The translations under genes were made by a program, and so were the position numbers. DNA of 63,990 nucleotides, filler included, from Basidioascus undulatus (Eukaryota): assembly GCA_000826855.1 (NCBI GenBank). It is 4 parts of 4 records of this genome, joined end to end, with 100 filler letters (N's around TTAATTAATTAA, not from the genome) between each part and the next. Parts side by side here need not be neighbours in the genome. Positions count along the whole stretch, not along the records: positions 39,777 to 55,054 come from JTLS01001213.1; positions 55,155 to 63,990 come from JTLS01001330.1; 2 more parts are not named here. One strand, written 5' to 3'. Positions 52,098 through 63,990 of the stretch are shown here, piece after piece (the stretch's first letter is position 1; every line of letters begins with the position of its first letter). The notes below the pieces were generated by a model. It was not told the origin of the DNA. It searched no databases and was given only the letters and a program-made list of their open reading frames with translations.

Positions 52098-54211
52098 GAG
52101 TGGGGAGGACCTGGAGATGGAGAGCGACGGGCCCGAGGGAACGCCGTCAGTTTACAACTCCGCTCAATATTCCATCGGCGCAGGGAGCGTATGAGAAACT
52201 GCAGCCGTTTCACGCCAAGCACCGCCCGCCACAGCGAGCGACCATTGCCACGGCGAGCACGAGCGGACGCGACAGAAGCCCCACCCAACCTCCGCGGCGG
52301 CGCCCGCCTGCCAACGCAGGCAAAGAGCCGAGCAGGCCACCCAGGGCGATGCACCGCCCCACCTGCCCATGCCCAACGACGTGGCGTATATGTGCTCGTA
52401 CGACCCACGCCGTCCACGCAGCTAGGCCATCAGGCGAGCGAGCCGCGACCCCAAAAGCGGAGAGCGAGCGGGCCCATCACGACCGACAGGCACGCCCCTG
52501 GTGCGCGCACCCCAGCAATTAAGGGCGACTCACCAGCTCTCTGAAGGTGTGTATCAGGCAAAAGGAAGAAAAGGAGAATCGGACAGTGGGCTGCAGAAAC
52601 GAACAGATGCGGTTTGCGAATGGCGGGTGGGCAGAGAGGGTGAAAATGAAGCAAGCGGTATACGGCACGGCGGCGGCGAAGGGAAGGATGCAGAGGGAAG
52701 GGGTGGGGGGGCCGGACGGTATTATGAGGCGTGCATGCTCCCCGTCGTCGTCGTGCTCGTCGTCGCCGTTGCCGATAGCGTCCTGATAGTCGTCAGTGGG
52801 GAGCCCGGGGGTGCAGAGTCTGGCGAGGAGGAGGAGCAAGAGCAAGATCTACAGGCGGAGGGCGAACGTGCGGAGGAGAGAGGGCAAGGCCAGCGCCGGT
52901 GTTCGCGCGGACGCACCTGAGATCGTGGTGTGGTCGAGTACACTACGCCTTTCTTCATCCCCGCACGGACCGTTCCCTTCAAAACCTTGACTTTTTTGCT
53001 GCATTCCGGCGCATCTTCGTGCCAGTGCAGCCCGATGTACATTTTAACCGTCCATATCTTTCACAAGTAGCTCTGATCGTGTGCAGCAATCAACGCCAAT
53101 AGCAAGTCAACCCTGGATCTCAGTCAAGTCAAGTGAGTTGATTGACATCAGGCGACAGCAGATCGGCAGCGATGTGGTCCGAGTCGTCGCCTGGCGTTTC
53201 ACCTTTCTCCTTCCCCTCGCAGCGCAGCTCGCAGCACGTACGCAGCATGCAAACCGCGGTCGCCCGCCTTCCTCACTTGAACTCTTCCAACTCTCCATTC
53301 TTCCCTCACCAGTCCTTACATCTCTGCTCCAAAAAACAACAACATCTACGTTCCCATTCATTCCCATCCTCCCTCCGCCGACCCTCACCGTGACGGCGCC
53401 GCGCCTCCTTCCCCCACAGTCACCTCAATTTGACACGTGCTTCACAGCAACCGCGCTGCCGCGATTTCAGTGCTGTGTATGCCCGTCTGTTTCTGTTCGT
53501 GCACTCCTCAGGTCCATCATTAGAACCGTAATTGTCGATATGCTTATCATACAGGAACACTTTCACGATGATCCGGAATCTCCTCGCGACATGAGGCCTC
53601 CGAGTCCAGTACGGCACCCGGGGCTCCGAATCTTCTCATCCACTTCGCCCGGCGAGCGCCTGATACCACAGCCTCAGTAGCTACCCTCAAGGTCATGGAG
53701 GGCCGGGCCGTCGTCTGGACACTCCTCACATGGATCTATGTCAAGTTGTTAAAGACACCCATTCCATCCGCAGAGGCTGTGCAGCGAATGTACTGAATCG
53801 TCTTTCCTGCCCAAGTTCCCGACGCCTGCCAGATTTCACTATTCTTCTCTCGGTGGCCTTTGTCTAGTTCTATAAAATTCTCTGATGAAGTAGAATCCAG
53901 ACTCATTGATCTCGAGCAAGAGAAAGGCTGGTCGGGTCTTCCACGGAAGGCTCTGAATTCAGCAGTCATCGGGAGTGTTCTTGGCTGTACCCCGCGTGCG
54001 CTATCACCGTCCAGCCAGTGAACTGCTGAAACTACTCTTTTGTGAACTTCCATGAACAGGAAATCCCGAGCGAAAGGAGCGCAACAAGTGCTGTCGTGAC
54101 GATGGGTGGCGAAAGTCTCTTTTTGGCCGTAGGTCTTGCGGAATCGACAGACTGGTACTCAAGAGGGTAAAGGTGTCCTTCGGAAGGCCAGGCCCTGTGG
54201 GACGTGCATGT

Positions 54212-54257
54212 GGTTCGAGGCTTTCAGAGTTGGAGGTTCGAGGCTTTCAGAGTTGGA
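54212..54257. repeat. 23-bp tandem duplication (ggttcgaggctttcagagttgga x2)
   Basis: Seen directly. Confidence 0.85.
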
Positions 54258-54616
54258 AAGCTTTCAAAGGCTGCATGGCGAAAGCAGAGCAAAACACCTT
54301 CATCGTGGCTCGTCTTCGTTACATCAACCACCAAATTAAACGTACTCCTGAAGCCGAGCTGTGCAAGACCTGTGTTGTTGAACCTTCCCGTTCAAGTTGA
54401 CAACTTCAGCGCTTTCCAAAGACGCCCTTGGCCTTCGCCTTCGCGGCTCTCGCACTGTGTGAGTGTGGGACAATGCGGGAGGGGTCAGCTCGAGGCTCCC
54501 AAGAGCCGCATGGCAGCAGACCCCGCAAGACACGCACAGGTTCTGCATGGTCAACGAGTATCACTGTCAGAATGGCTCCAGCACGCATGGGCATAGAAGA
54601 GAAGAGAAGGACGGAC

Positions 54617-55005
54617 CTCGAGGCTCTGCTCCGCGATCACCGTCGGCGACTTCTCGTCTTTGAAGAACACTTTCCCGAGTTCTGTGCTGGCATCGTCTAC
54701 CGCAGTCCCCAAAATTAATCAATCAGTTACTTGTCGGTCCTGTCGTGAGCAAGCAAGCCAACGCACTGTACCGGATCCCCTTGTCGAGCTGGTCGATCTT
54801 CTCGACGTCTTCCCAGGCAAGTTCAAAGACTTGAAGGTTCTCCCTGATCCGCTCGGGCTTGGAAGACTTCGGGAGTGCGACGAATCGGTGGCTGTTCGTT
54901 CCCGCCCCCTCGTGTCAAATGCGATCAACCACAAGAGGAGAAGGGAGGACGGAATGCTTACGCGATGTGCCAGCTGAGGACGACTTGCGCTGGAGTGCGA
55001 TCGTA
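54617..55005 (-). CDS. Aldo-keto reductase, 3' exons (5' part lost at the contig end)
   Basis: YDRTPAQVVLSWHI, ALPKSSKPERIRENL, DVEKIDQLD..RY/NDAS..FF. Confidence 0.8.
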
Positions 55006-55054
55006 CTTTGAGAATAAAAGACTGATTAGCAAAAAAAAAAAAAAAAGGGGGGGG

Positions 55055-55154
55055 NNNNNNNNNNNNNNNNNNNNNNNNNNNNNNNNNNNNNNNNNNNNTT
55101 AATTAATTAANNNNNNNNNNNNNNNNNNNNNNNNNNNNNNNNNNNNNNNNNNNN
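55055..55154. other. Artificial contig linker
   Basis: N44-TTAATTAATTAA-N44, preceded by poly-A/poly-G. Confidence 0.97.
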
Positions 55155-58100
55155 GCGGCGGCGAGTCGGAGGCGGAACGCAGCTGCATCCAGCGCCGGCG
55201 CGGTCGCTGTCGGCAACGACGAGGAGTAGCTTTTCGATGGCGAGCAGATGACGTAGGTAAGCTGCTCGGATAGCGTGAAGAAAAGGGTCGAGCAAGGCAA
55301 GGGACAGGAAAGTGTGCACGAGGACAAGGGTCAAGTTGGGTCAAGCGAGAAGACGCGACGTTCGAGCCTGAAACCTGAAGCCTGAAGCAGGCGCGTGTTT
55401 GGCGCCCAAAGCGTGGCGTGCCTGGCTCAGGCCTCAACAAAATATGGGTCGAGCGTAAGACTGCTATTGGCTGCATCTTGCTTTTTCACCCAGCAACGCT
55501 TTAATTTTTTCCATGCTCAGACAGCCTGTACCTATTGAATTTTCCGACTGATGACATGTGGAAACAATCTGCCCACCGCACTACTACTCCTCCTCATGCT
55601 CATCCTCTTTCATGACACTGTCTGTCCACAACACTAACGACAGCACCGTTTCTCTTGTTATTCTCCTTCTTACTTGCTATAGTACTGAAGTTCATGTGTG
55701 ATGCACAAGGCAAGCCCTGATCGCATGAGTTCACTGTGCTTGTGACGCGTCGTTGTTGATACTCAGGCTAGAAATTTAAAGAGACATATCATGCAACTCT
55801 CCGGCGGTATCCCATGATGCAGGATCTTTTGATAGACACACCTATCTGCGTGATCGTTTGAACTTGGTCTCTCTTCGTCTACCTGCAAACAGCAGCAGGC
55901 GTTGGCCAAGTCCTTTGGTTCCAGCTGTTGCGGTGGACTGCAGTTCTGAAGCTAGTTCGGCACCTAGGACTCAGGGGAACCCACCCCCTGGAATTAATCC
56001 ACGACTTCACATCTGCCGCCGACTTGGGCAAGGCACCTACTCTCATATGCGAGGTAGCCTGCGTGATATTGACTTCGAACCTCGCACCGCGGGCACGTCC
56101 CTTACACGACGACGAATATCAAAGCTCCGGACCAGGCGCTGCAGACGAGGAGGAGAGGGAGCATTGTCTCGGGATGAAACGGTCAGGCGGACATTCGTAT
56201 GTTGAGCGGAAGTTGAAGTATGCAAGGAGTTCCTGAACGCTTCCTCCTAAACAACTGCTTCAGGCCGCCTCTCCAAGAGGAATATCCGTGAGGAGTAAGA
56301 GCAAGTGTATCCCAAAAAAATCTATGGCCAGTCAGCGAGGACCGAGCCTGGAGCGCACCGGTTGACAGCGGACAGTAGCCCAAGCTTGGCGTATGTTGTG
56401 CCTGCCAGCGAAAATTCTCTTTACTCAAAATTAGACAGACATGTTCAAGTTAGGGTCCCTTTTTTAGCCGAACAGCTAGTTAGGAGATAGGGGAAGACTC
56501 TTTCTTCGATGTGGGCTGCAAAGACCCATATTTTTGCTTCACTTCTTCAGACCATCCCTGCTTCTCATGAATTGTACGCTGAGTGTTACCGTCTATTATT
56601 AAGCTTTATCCGCTAAAGCCACCTGGATGTGAACTTACGCACAACCACGAGGCACGCGATCGTCGGCGTGAACTGGCAGCCTGCTGGTAAACTTGCTGTC
56701 CGGCCGAGTACGTTGTGCAACCTAGAAACCAAGCTACGAAACAGATTTTGGTCTGAATGATCCCCGGAGGTCATCAAGGCGAGGTTCTCCAACAGTCTCG
56801 GGGAAAGCGGCCACCGTTCGAGCCTGGACATGATCTCGTGCGGCCGTTGACGGACAGAAGGGCACCCCTATGAACTACTATGACGGCTTGCGAGACAATT
56901 TTGTGGCAGGCAGAAGTCGCACTGAGGACGATAATATCGCGGTTTGTCGGACGCTGTGACGACTCCGACTTAGATGGAATCTAATGTCGCCTCGTGAGCC
57001 GTCTTCATCAGCACTGCAGCCATACAGTGTTGGTGTTTCTGGCCACGGCTAGGCTCTGCGACCGCCTGTAAAACGGTGTGGTGCCGTCTTGTTCGGCAAT
57101 CCAACCACTTCAGATTCCATATGGTCCTCATCAGTGTCAGCACATCGGCACTGTAGCCGTTAACTTGTGCCAGTGTGCTACGCTCCGCGGCCGTTGCTGC
57201 ATCAACGTCAACTTCAAAGTTGTTCTTTCTCTTAGATTCTGCTAAAATTCATGAATTTTATTCTATTGTATACATATATAGCTCATGGTACAGAATGTGA
57301 AGAATGAGAACTACGGCGATCCTTTACGGCCCCGAGCCTGTGTCGAGACCCCCAACCCTGCAACCCCACAACCAGACACTGCATGCTCGTACCGCGCGCA
57401 GCTGAAACCACAAATCAGTACACATGATGACTGCCCAGAATTCCCTCAGCAAAACGGCAGGCAGCTTTCCAGTCGGCCTCGCTAGCAGACCGTGTGTTGC
57501 GTGTTGGGCAGAGCCGGCTGGTCGAAGCCTTAGCGGGTGCGGGATCAGTACTGTTACAAATCTTGGGAGTTGAGTTCCAAAGCAGGCGCATGAGCCATGG
57601 ACGGCGAGGTCGGTCCGCTGCGCGTCCTGTCCAACCAACCAAGCGACTGGCATCACGAGCCAAGGAAGCGCCTGCACTGAAGCTACCAAAACCAAGTCTG
57701 AAAGGAAAGAATCTTCGGACCCAAACGTCGCATGTTTCCGAGCTCTGCGTTGCGTGAACAAGGCGATACCCACGCCTCCGACAAGCTCGAACAACGGGGG
57801 CTGTCAAACAGGCGGACAGCAGCTTCAGGCCCCCACGTCCAATTTCCTGAAAGAGGGAACAGAAAGCAACGCCGCGCCTTAGTGCAAAACTGTACAAATG
57901 CCCAAATCTGTCGCTCTCAATCAAGCTTGACTTCAAGCTTGACTTCAAGTCCAGCAGAACAATGTATTGCAGATCCGCCCCGACACATATTAGCATATCC
58001 CCTAATCAATTCAATTAATTTGCACGAAAACGAGCGCCTAAATGCAGAGTCGACTGTAAGGCATCCGAAGGCAACCTCAGGAGAAAGAAAGCTGGCTTGT

Positions 58101-59905
58101 CACGTCGAAAATGGGCCCGTCATAGCCGTACTGGCTTGTGCCACGTCGCCAGTGAAGATCAAGTCTGATATTCAGTGGGAAACCGAGATACAACTGGGTC
58201 AAGCCGAACTGATGTTAAAGGGCCCGATTCGCACTCACAGCGTATGGCGTGGTGTTGCTGCACACATGGGAGAGAGAGTGCTCAGCACCGTCCGCAAGCG
58301 GCTGGTCATGTCACTCTGGAGAACCAACTCACTTCCATCCGGATTGACCCATTGGACAGTGACGGCCGATGTTTGAAGGTTCACATAGAACTGGGTTGGG
58401 GGTTAGGGGATGGTCTTCCCATCTCAGCCCAAAGGTGCAAGGCAAGACATACCACAGTAGCGCCCGAGGCTGGACTGCCGCAGGGCGACTCAATGTGAGC
58501 CACAGACCGTCGCCATGAGGGGCTGCAAAAGGAGACGCGGAACCCACGCGCTCACGGGCCAGTTTTTCTCCTTGTGGATTTCAGCAGCGGCAAACACCGC
58601 CGCAACCGCTCGGCGTTGGTGTCGGGGGGCGCATTTTTGAGAGATGGAGCGAGCGTGCCGACGCAGTGGTCGTCGAAAGAGCACAGTGTCGACGAAGGAA
58701 GCGCGACAACCCTTCCTGCCCCGTCGGCCATGAAGGTGAGTGATGTGGATGGTGAAAGAGAGAAAGGAGTCGAGCGAGGTCTCGACCAGACGTACGCAAG
58801 GTCCCGGCGAAGTGCGTTGTCAGAGTGTTGCCCGCGGCCCCTCACCTGCGTCAATGTCAGTCTCATCATCTTTGCGGTCAATCTCCTCCCTTTGCCTCAC
58901 GCCCCTCTCCCAGCCCGTCCCTGCCGCTCCCTGTACACTGCCCCCAAGCAGCCTTCTCCCATCCCGTAACCCAAACCGTTTTTCCCAGCCGGAGAGTCTC
59001 AAGCTTGCTGCCAAGCCTAAGTACACGTCCTTGCCCGCCAACACCGGCTTGGCTCTGTCCGAGGTCGGCTTGTCTGCGCTCAATGGCTGGTCCGGCACGC
59101 CTAAGCCGTTCCACAACTCGCTCCAACCCGCACCCCCGCCTCCTTTCGAGGCCGCCCTTAGGTTCTTCGTTTCTAGACCGACTGCGTCCGAAGAGGAGTA
59201 CGCTCCGCTATGAAGCGGCCCCTTACCCCACCTCCTTCCCCTTCTCCCCCACCCCTCCCGCGACCCTCTCCCGCCTCTTCTCCACCACTTGCTTCACTGC
59301 TCGAGCATCTATCTTGCATCTTCCCACGCCAATCATCGCATCTTCTCATCGCATCACGCGTTTTCCTCCACACGAACGGCATCTTTAGAGCCTTCCTTCC
59401 CTGTTTTTGCTGCGCCGGTACTCCGTGGATACACGAAGATCGTATTGTCGCTGGCCTCACTGCTGCGTGGGCTTCTCTATGAGTGTCAATGGCAGTTGTC
59501 CCAATCGCTGGATTTTTGAGTGGACATGTAGGACCTGTAGACCTGCCCAGAGAGTTCTGCTCCCATACGCACACGCGTCACAGCCTGTTTTGTTGGGTGG
59601 CCAACCATAGGAAGTCTCGCCATCGGGTACTTGAAGTACTTTGTCAATCTACGCTACAGCTAAAGGCACACCAGACCGTCTGAAGCCAGGCAGGCCGATA
59701 CTGACTTACGAACACCTAATAAAGTCGTTAACAAGTGACAGCAGAGACCGGTTGATCCCAGCAGTTTGTTCATACCCTCCATGTTGTATCGGGTATGTCG
59801 ACTGGCAGAGTTTGAGTTCCTTTCGCCAATAGTGTAGCGCATGGCATTAATAGCAGTGCATGGAGAGCCTCACATGTTCCGAGACACCGAAACAATCAGT
59901 CAACG

Positions 59906-59958
59906 ACCTTGATTGATTGCATCACCTTGATTGATTGCACGCACCTTGATTGATTTCA
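59906..59958. repeat. Three copies of ~18-bp accttgattgatt(g/t)ca
   Basis: Seen directly. Confidence 0.85.
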
Positions 59959-61317
59959 CACACGGCGCAAGTGCCGTAAACGTCCAATCAAGCGGTCATG
60001 GGTACGATGACAATGATTAAGCTAGATGCTAAGCGAAGTTCCGTGTCAATCGCCGTCGACACTAAGCCGCTCGACGAGGATGGCGTTCTCAACACAGAAA
60101 GCGAGAGAGTTGCCCGAGTGGGTGGAAAGGCAGAGTTTGTAAAGTTGTAATGAAAGATACCTGAGCGGCTTCCAAGCTTTGGTCTCTCGCTGTCGACTAT
60201 CCTTTGCAGGGCAAGGGGTATCATCGGCATAGACGGGTGAGGGGGCCAACAATAGAATATTTAATGGACATGCCCAGGAAGTTTCATACTGCCCCAGCGC
60301 TCCAGGTTTTTAACGAGTTGGTTTATCTGTGGTGACGAGTTAATTGCGCTGCGGATTGGCTCATGAAGCGGTGGAGCAAGGCAGGGCGCGCTGATGACCA
60401 TGGTAAGGGGTAGCCGTATATACAGGCAAATCGAGATAACAAGACAAGTGTGTAGCGCTTCCATAGCTAGGACAGTAAGTATCCTGTCCGCGTTGGACGA
60501 TTTGGCCTCCCCCCTGCTCCGTCCATGTCTCCTCCTTTCGAATGTCTGTGCCAAGTCTGTCATGAACCAAACCAATGACATCATAGGATGGTGTCCAATG
60601 CTTTCGGCTCTGCACCCCACCTGGAGTGGTTCTCGCAAGAGTTAAGATTGCAGGCAGAGAGGATAGGACTTGGCTCTGTTTGGAGCGTTGAACTTTGATA
60701 TCTGTGCAGCCATGGAGTCTAAAAGATATATATATGCGGAGATTCAATCTCACAGTGGAAAAGAAAGAGGGGACCAGGAACAAAGAAATAGCGACGGCCG
60801 GGGCAATCTTGCCTCTCGGAGTACTGCTGGATACGCATGCCTCGCACATGGACTTGGGAACACACTCCCATCCTCAGGGTGACTTGAAGGTTAGATAGAG
60901 CCTCCAAGGAGACAGCGAACCCGTCCACAGTATGTAGGTGCGCGTCCATGAGCGCGCCTTCTACTACTGGCGGCGGCTTTTTCCTGCCCCTTCCACTTTT
61001 GCTTTGTCTGTTGACGGGGCCAAAAGATTGGTGATTGACAACGGTCCATTGTATCCGCCACCCCACGATCCTGATTGCTGGAGAAGACGCCGCTGCATGC
61101 TCCCTTGCCTTGAAATAGCCTGCACTGGCGAGAGATACGCACCACGCCTGCCCGGTCCATTTTGCATTGCTTTGAAGCGCGATCTGGGGCAACTGCTGTG
61201 TTGTCATAAAAGGTTTGGTGGGTCGGCCAACATATAAAAGGTCTGGTCTTCAAGCATGCTTTCCTCCAACTGTCATCCCTCTTCTCTTCGATCTTCACAC
61301 TCTCTTCCAAGCCAGCT

Positions 61318-63990
61318 ATGCACATCTTACATACAATCTTCACGCTCTCTGCTCTCTTTGAACTCTCCGCTACAGTTTTATCCGCTATAGTTGAGTGTTC
61401 AACTCACGGGCATGGCGCTCATCATCCAACTCACGGGCATGACGCTCATCATCCCTACGACTAGGTGGACGGCAGCGTTTACCCCAAGGGCGCAAACCAC
61501 ATTCCCTCAAACGGCGGAAACGCAGCGCCTCCCGGGAGTGACTCAGGCATGGTCCGCGAATACAGCTTCAACGTCGGCAATGCCGTGATTTCCGCCGATG
61601 GCTTCCCACGTTCCGCCACAGTCGTCAACGGCATCTTCCCCGGGACGCTGATCGCCGCCAACAAGGGCGACACCCTCAGCATTAACGTTACCAACAGCTT
61701 GACCGACCCGACGATGCGCAGGAGTACTTCAATCGTGAGACTTTTCTTTCCTTTTACTACCCCGCCCTATGCCACAATGTGCACTGAATGGTCACGTTCT
61801 CTCTATCCATCCAGCATTGGCACGGGCTGTTCCAAAACACGACAGCTCATGAAGATGGTCCATCTTTCATCACGCAGTGTCCTGTGAATGTTCATTGCAC
61901 CCCATTCCGGGAGCGCAGCTGAACTTTGCCTATTCACAGATCGCACCTGAAATGTCATACACGTACACAATTCCGCTCGGTCAACAGACGGGCACCTTTT
62001 GGTACCATGGTCACCTTTCAGCGTTCGTCATGCTCCTTCAGTCTATGTATCATTCGTGGGATCATCTGTTGAAACCTACCACTTGCTCCCGCAGGCAATA
62101 CGTTGATGGCCTCCGTGGTCCACTGGTAGTCTACGGTGGGTATTTGTCTCTCCATTGATTTTCCCAGCCTTTTCCTGATCTTTCAATACGTGAGGCAGAT
62201 CCTGATGATCCACTGGGGCACCTTTACGATATCGATGACGAAAACACCATCATCTCACTTGGCGATTGGTATCATCAACCTTCGCTGCCTCTAGTGGAAC
62301 AATTCTTCTCGGTACGTCTTGGGGCGTCCCCCTTCCCTCCGTCTCATTCTTTCCCTTTCGCTATTTTCCGTGTGATATTTGCGCTGACCTGGATTGCCTT
62401 GTTCACTTGCTTTGTCCTCGTTTCCGTACCCTTTTCACATAACCCACTCTAGCCTGACAGCAACGGTGATGAGCCAGTTCCGGACGCTGGCACTATTAAC
62501 GGCCTCGGTCGCTGCCGCAGCGGCAGGCCAGAATGCCCGTCTGACGCTCCGCTTGCTGTCATCAATGTTCAGCAGGGCAAGCGCTACCGCATGCGCGTCA
62601 TCAACAACTCTGCTTTTGGGCACTTCCGCCTCAGAATGGAGGGTCACCGGATGACCGTGATTGAAGCGGATGGCATCCTGCACCAGCCCTACACCGTCGA
62701 CGAGATTGATATTTATGCCGCACAACGGTACTCCTTCGTTGTCAGTTGTTTCCTTTCAAGTGTCGTCCCGCCGTACCATTTCTGACCTATATCACTTGAA
62801 TCCGTTCAGCTTGAAGCAAATCAGCCTGTGGGCAACTACTGGATCACCGCGCCCATGGAAGTCAAAGGGGCAAGTCGGAACCGCAACCGCAAGTAGCGTT
62901 CCACCCGCCCTTTTCTGTTGCTTATGACGGGACACTTACCCACCTCAACACTCTTTTTTATGGCTCATAGTCGACAAAGACCGTGTACTTGCAATCCTGC
63001 GCTACGAAGGGGCTCCGGACGCCGAACCAACCACTCGGCCAGACATGCCGAACACTAATGTAAGTCTTAATTCTACTCTTTCTCCTGACCAAGTTCTGAG
63101 GAAAAGAGAGTGACCCCATTACGCCGAACCAACCACTCAGCCTCTCATTCCGAACACTGATGTAAGTCTTAATTGTACCCTTTCTCCTGATGAAGTTCTG
63201 AGGAAAACAGAGTGACCCCACTCCCCAAATAAAACTTTCAGGCGCGCTCTTCCGATATCTTGGAAACCGCGGAAATAGAGCTTGGTGCTGTTCGAGCTAC
63301 CTTGGTCAAGCAAGGTGCAAGTTCAGAGATTCTCTTGGCGCACGACTCGCTTGTTGCAGCCTTCAAAGCAACAGAACAAGACAAGGAGTGTGATGAGGAC
63401 ACCGATGATGTGCCTCCGCCGCCCCCTTCGTTCGAGAACGCTGATGTAAGTCTTTCATTCCTTCCTCTGGTGGCCGCCAACTGGCCTCTTTTGGCACGCT
63501 GACTGAAGTTTTTTCCCAGCCTGCGACCGTCGCCGTCATTGTTGAGGCTGAACGTCAGCTCAAGGAGGTTGAAGCGGCGCTGGTTGAAGAAAACGCGGAC
63601 GAGGAAGTGATCGCGACCCAGCGCAAGATTCTTGCCGGCTTGGATGCCATTCGTACTGGGACATTTGAAACATCCACGTGTAACAGTGACAACAGCAGCT
63701 TTATCAGTCTCAAAGAGTACAAGCTCGTACCTCTTATCGATCCCGGCCCGCCCGGTGGTGCCGGTCCTGCCGACCACGTTGTCGAGCTCGATTTTGATCG
63801 GTAAGATCCCTTGGCAGTGCCTCCATGCTGATCATCACTGGCTGATCAATCTCTCCAAAACAAGTTCTACCGATGAACAGGGCAGAGTTGCTTGGCGCAT
63901 TAATGGCATCCAGTTTGTTTCTTTGCATCAGCTGGCCTTGCTTTTCTGATCCTGCAACTTACTTAAATCAATCAATCCCCCAGATTCAGG
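61318..63990 (+). CDS. Laccase-type multicopper oxidase, runs off the window end
   Basis: Signal peptide MHILHTIFTLSAL..., NGIFPGTLI, STSI/HWHGLFQ, DGPSFITQCP, GTFWYHGHL, DGLRGPL, GKRYRMRVIN, IEADG, AQRYSFV, NYWI, AILRYEGA. Confidence 0.93.
63019..63220 (+). repeat. 102-bp tandem duplication of an exon end plus intron start inside the laccase
   Basis: acgccgaaccaaccactc...gtaagtcttaatt...gagtgacccca at 63019 and 63121. Confidence 0.9.

Noticed and set aside
53540..53680. MLIIQEHFHD...DMR, resembling a dienelactone hydrolase N-terminus
   Set aside because: The similarity is too short and no downstream catalytic motifs are present.
29836..55154. Three N-gaps, each with a TTAATTAATTAA core
   Set aside because: Identical 100-bp linkers with stops in all six frames are artificial joins. 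Gene neighbourhood across them is meaningless.
56005..56060. HICRRLGQGTYSHM, resembling a kinase Gly-rich loop
   Set aside because: No VAIK, HRD or DFG motifs nearby. At most a tiny relic.
59906..59958. Short spaced repeats (also at 43502-43548 and 54212-54257) as possible CRISPR-like arrays
   Set aside because: They are simple tandem duplications without unique spacers, in a eukaryotic genome.

Overview
Eukaryotic, intron-rich fungal DNA. It is basidiomycete, most likely Pucciniomycotina, which I infer from the gene types and intron style. The window is four contigs joined by artificial 100-bp linkers (N44-TTAATTAATTAA-N44 at 29836-29935, 39677-39776 and 55055-55154). Recognisable genes: a truncated COG0523/CobW GTPase, an amidase, STI1/HOP, a TOK-like K+ channel, a SUT/SLC45-type sugar transporter, an Upa1-like ankyrin/DysF protein, tRNA-Gly(CCC), a 3' fragment of PMA1, a conserved multi-TM protein, a frameshifted GNAT, a pacifastin-like secreted peptide, a ZC3H3/Red5-like CCCH protein, PXMP4, a Bni4-like PP1 regulator, the 3' end of an aldo-keto reductase and a partial laccase. 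The most striking structure lies just downstream of STI1. There, a decayed intron-containing gene with an endonuclease-VII-like (DHDH...N..LG) motif sits between repeated copies of the last STI1 codons and its 3' flank, which suggests an element that integrates site-specifically at the STI1 stop codon. An inverted copy of the STI1 3' end at about 16 kb preserves what looks like the pre-insertion junction. Exon boundaries were read by eye and are approximate.
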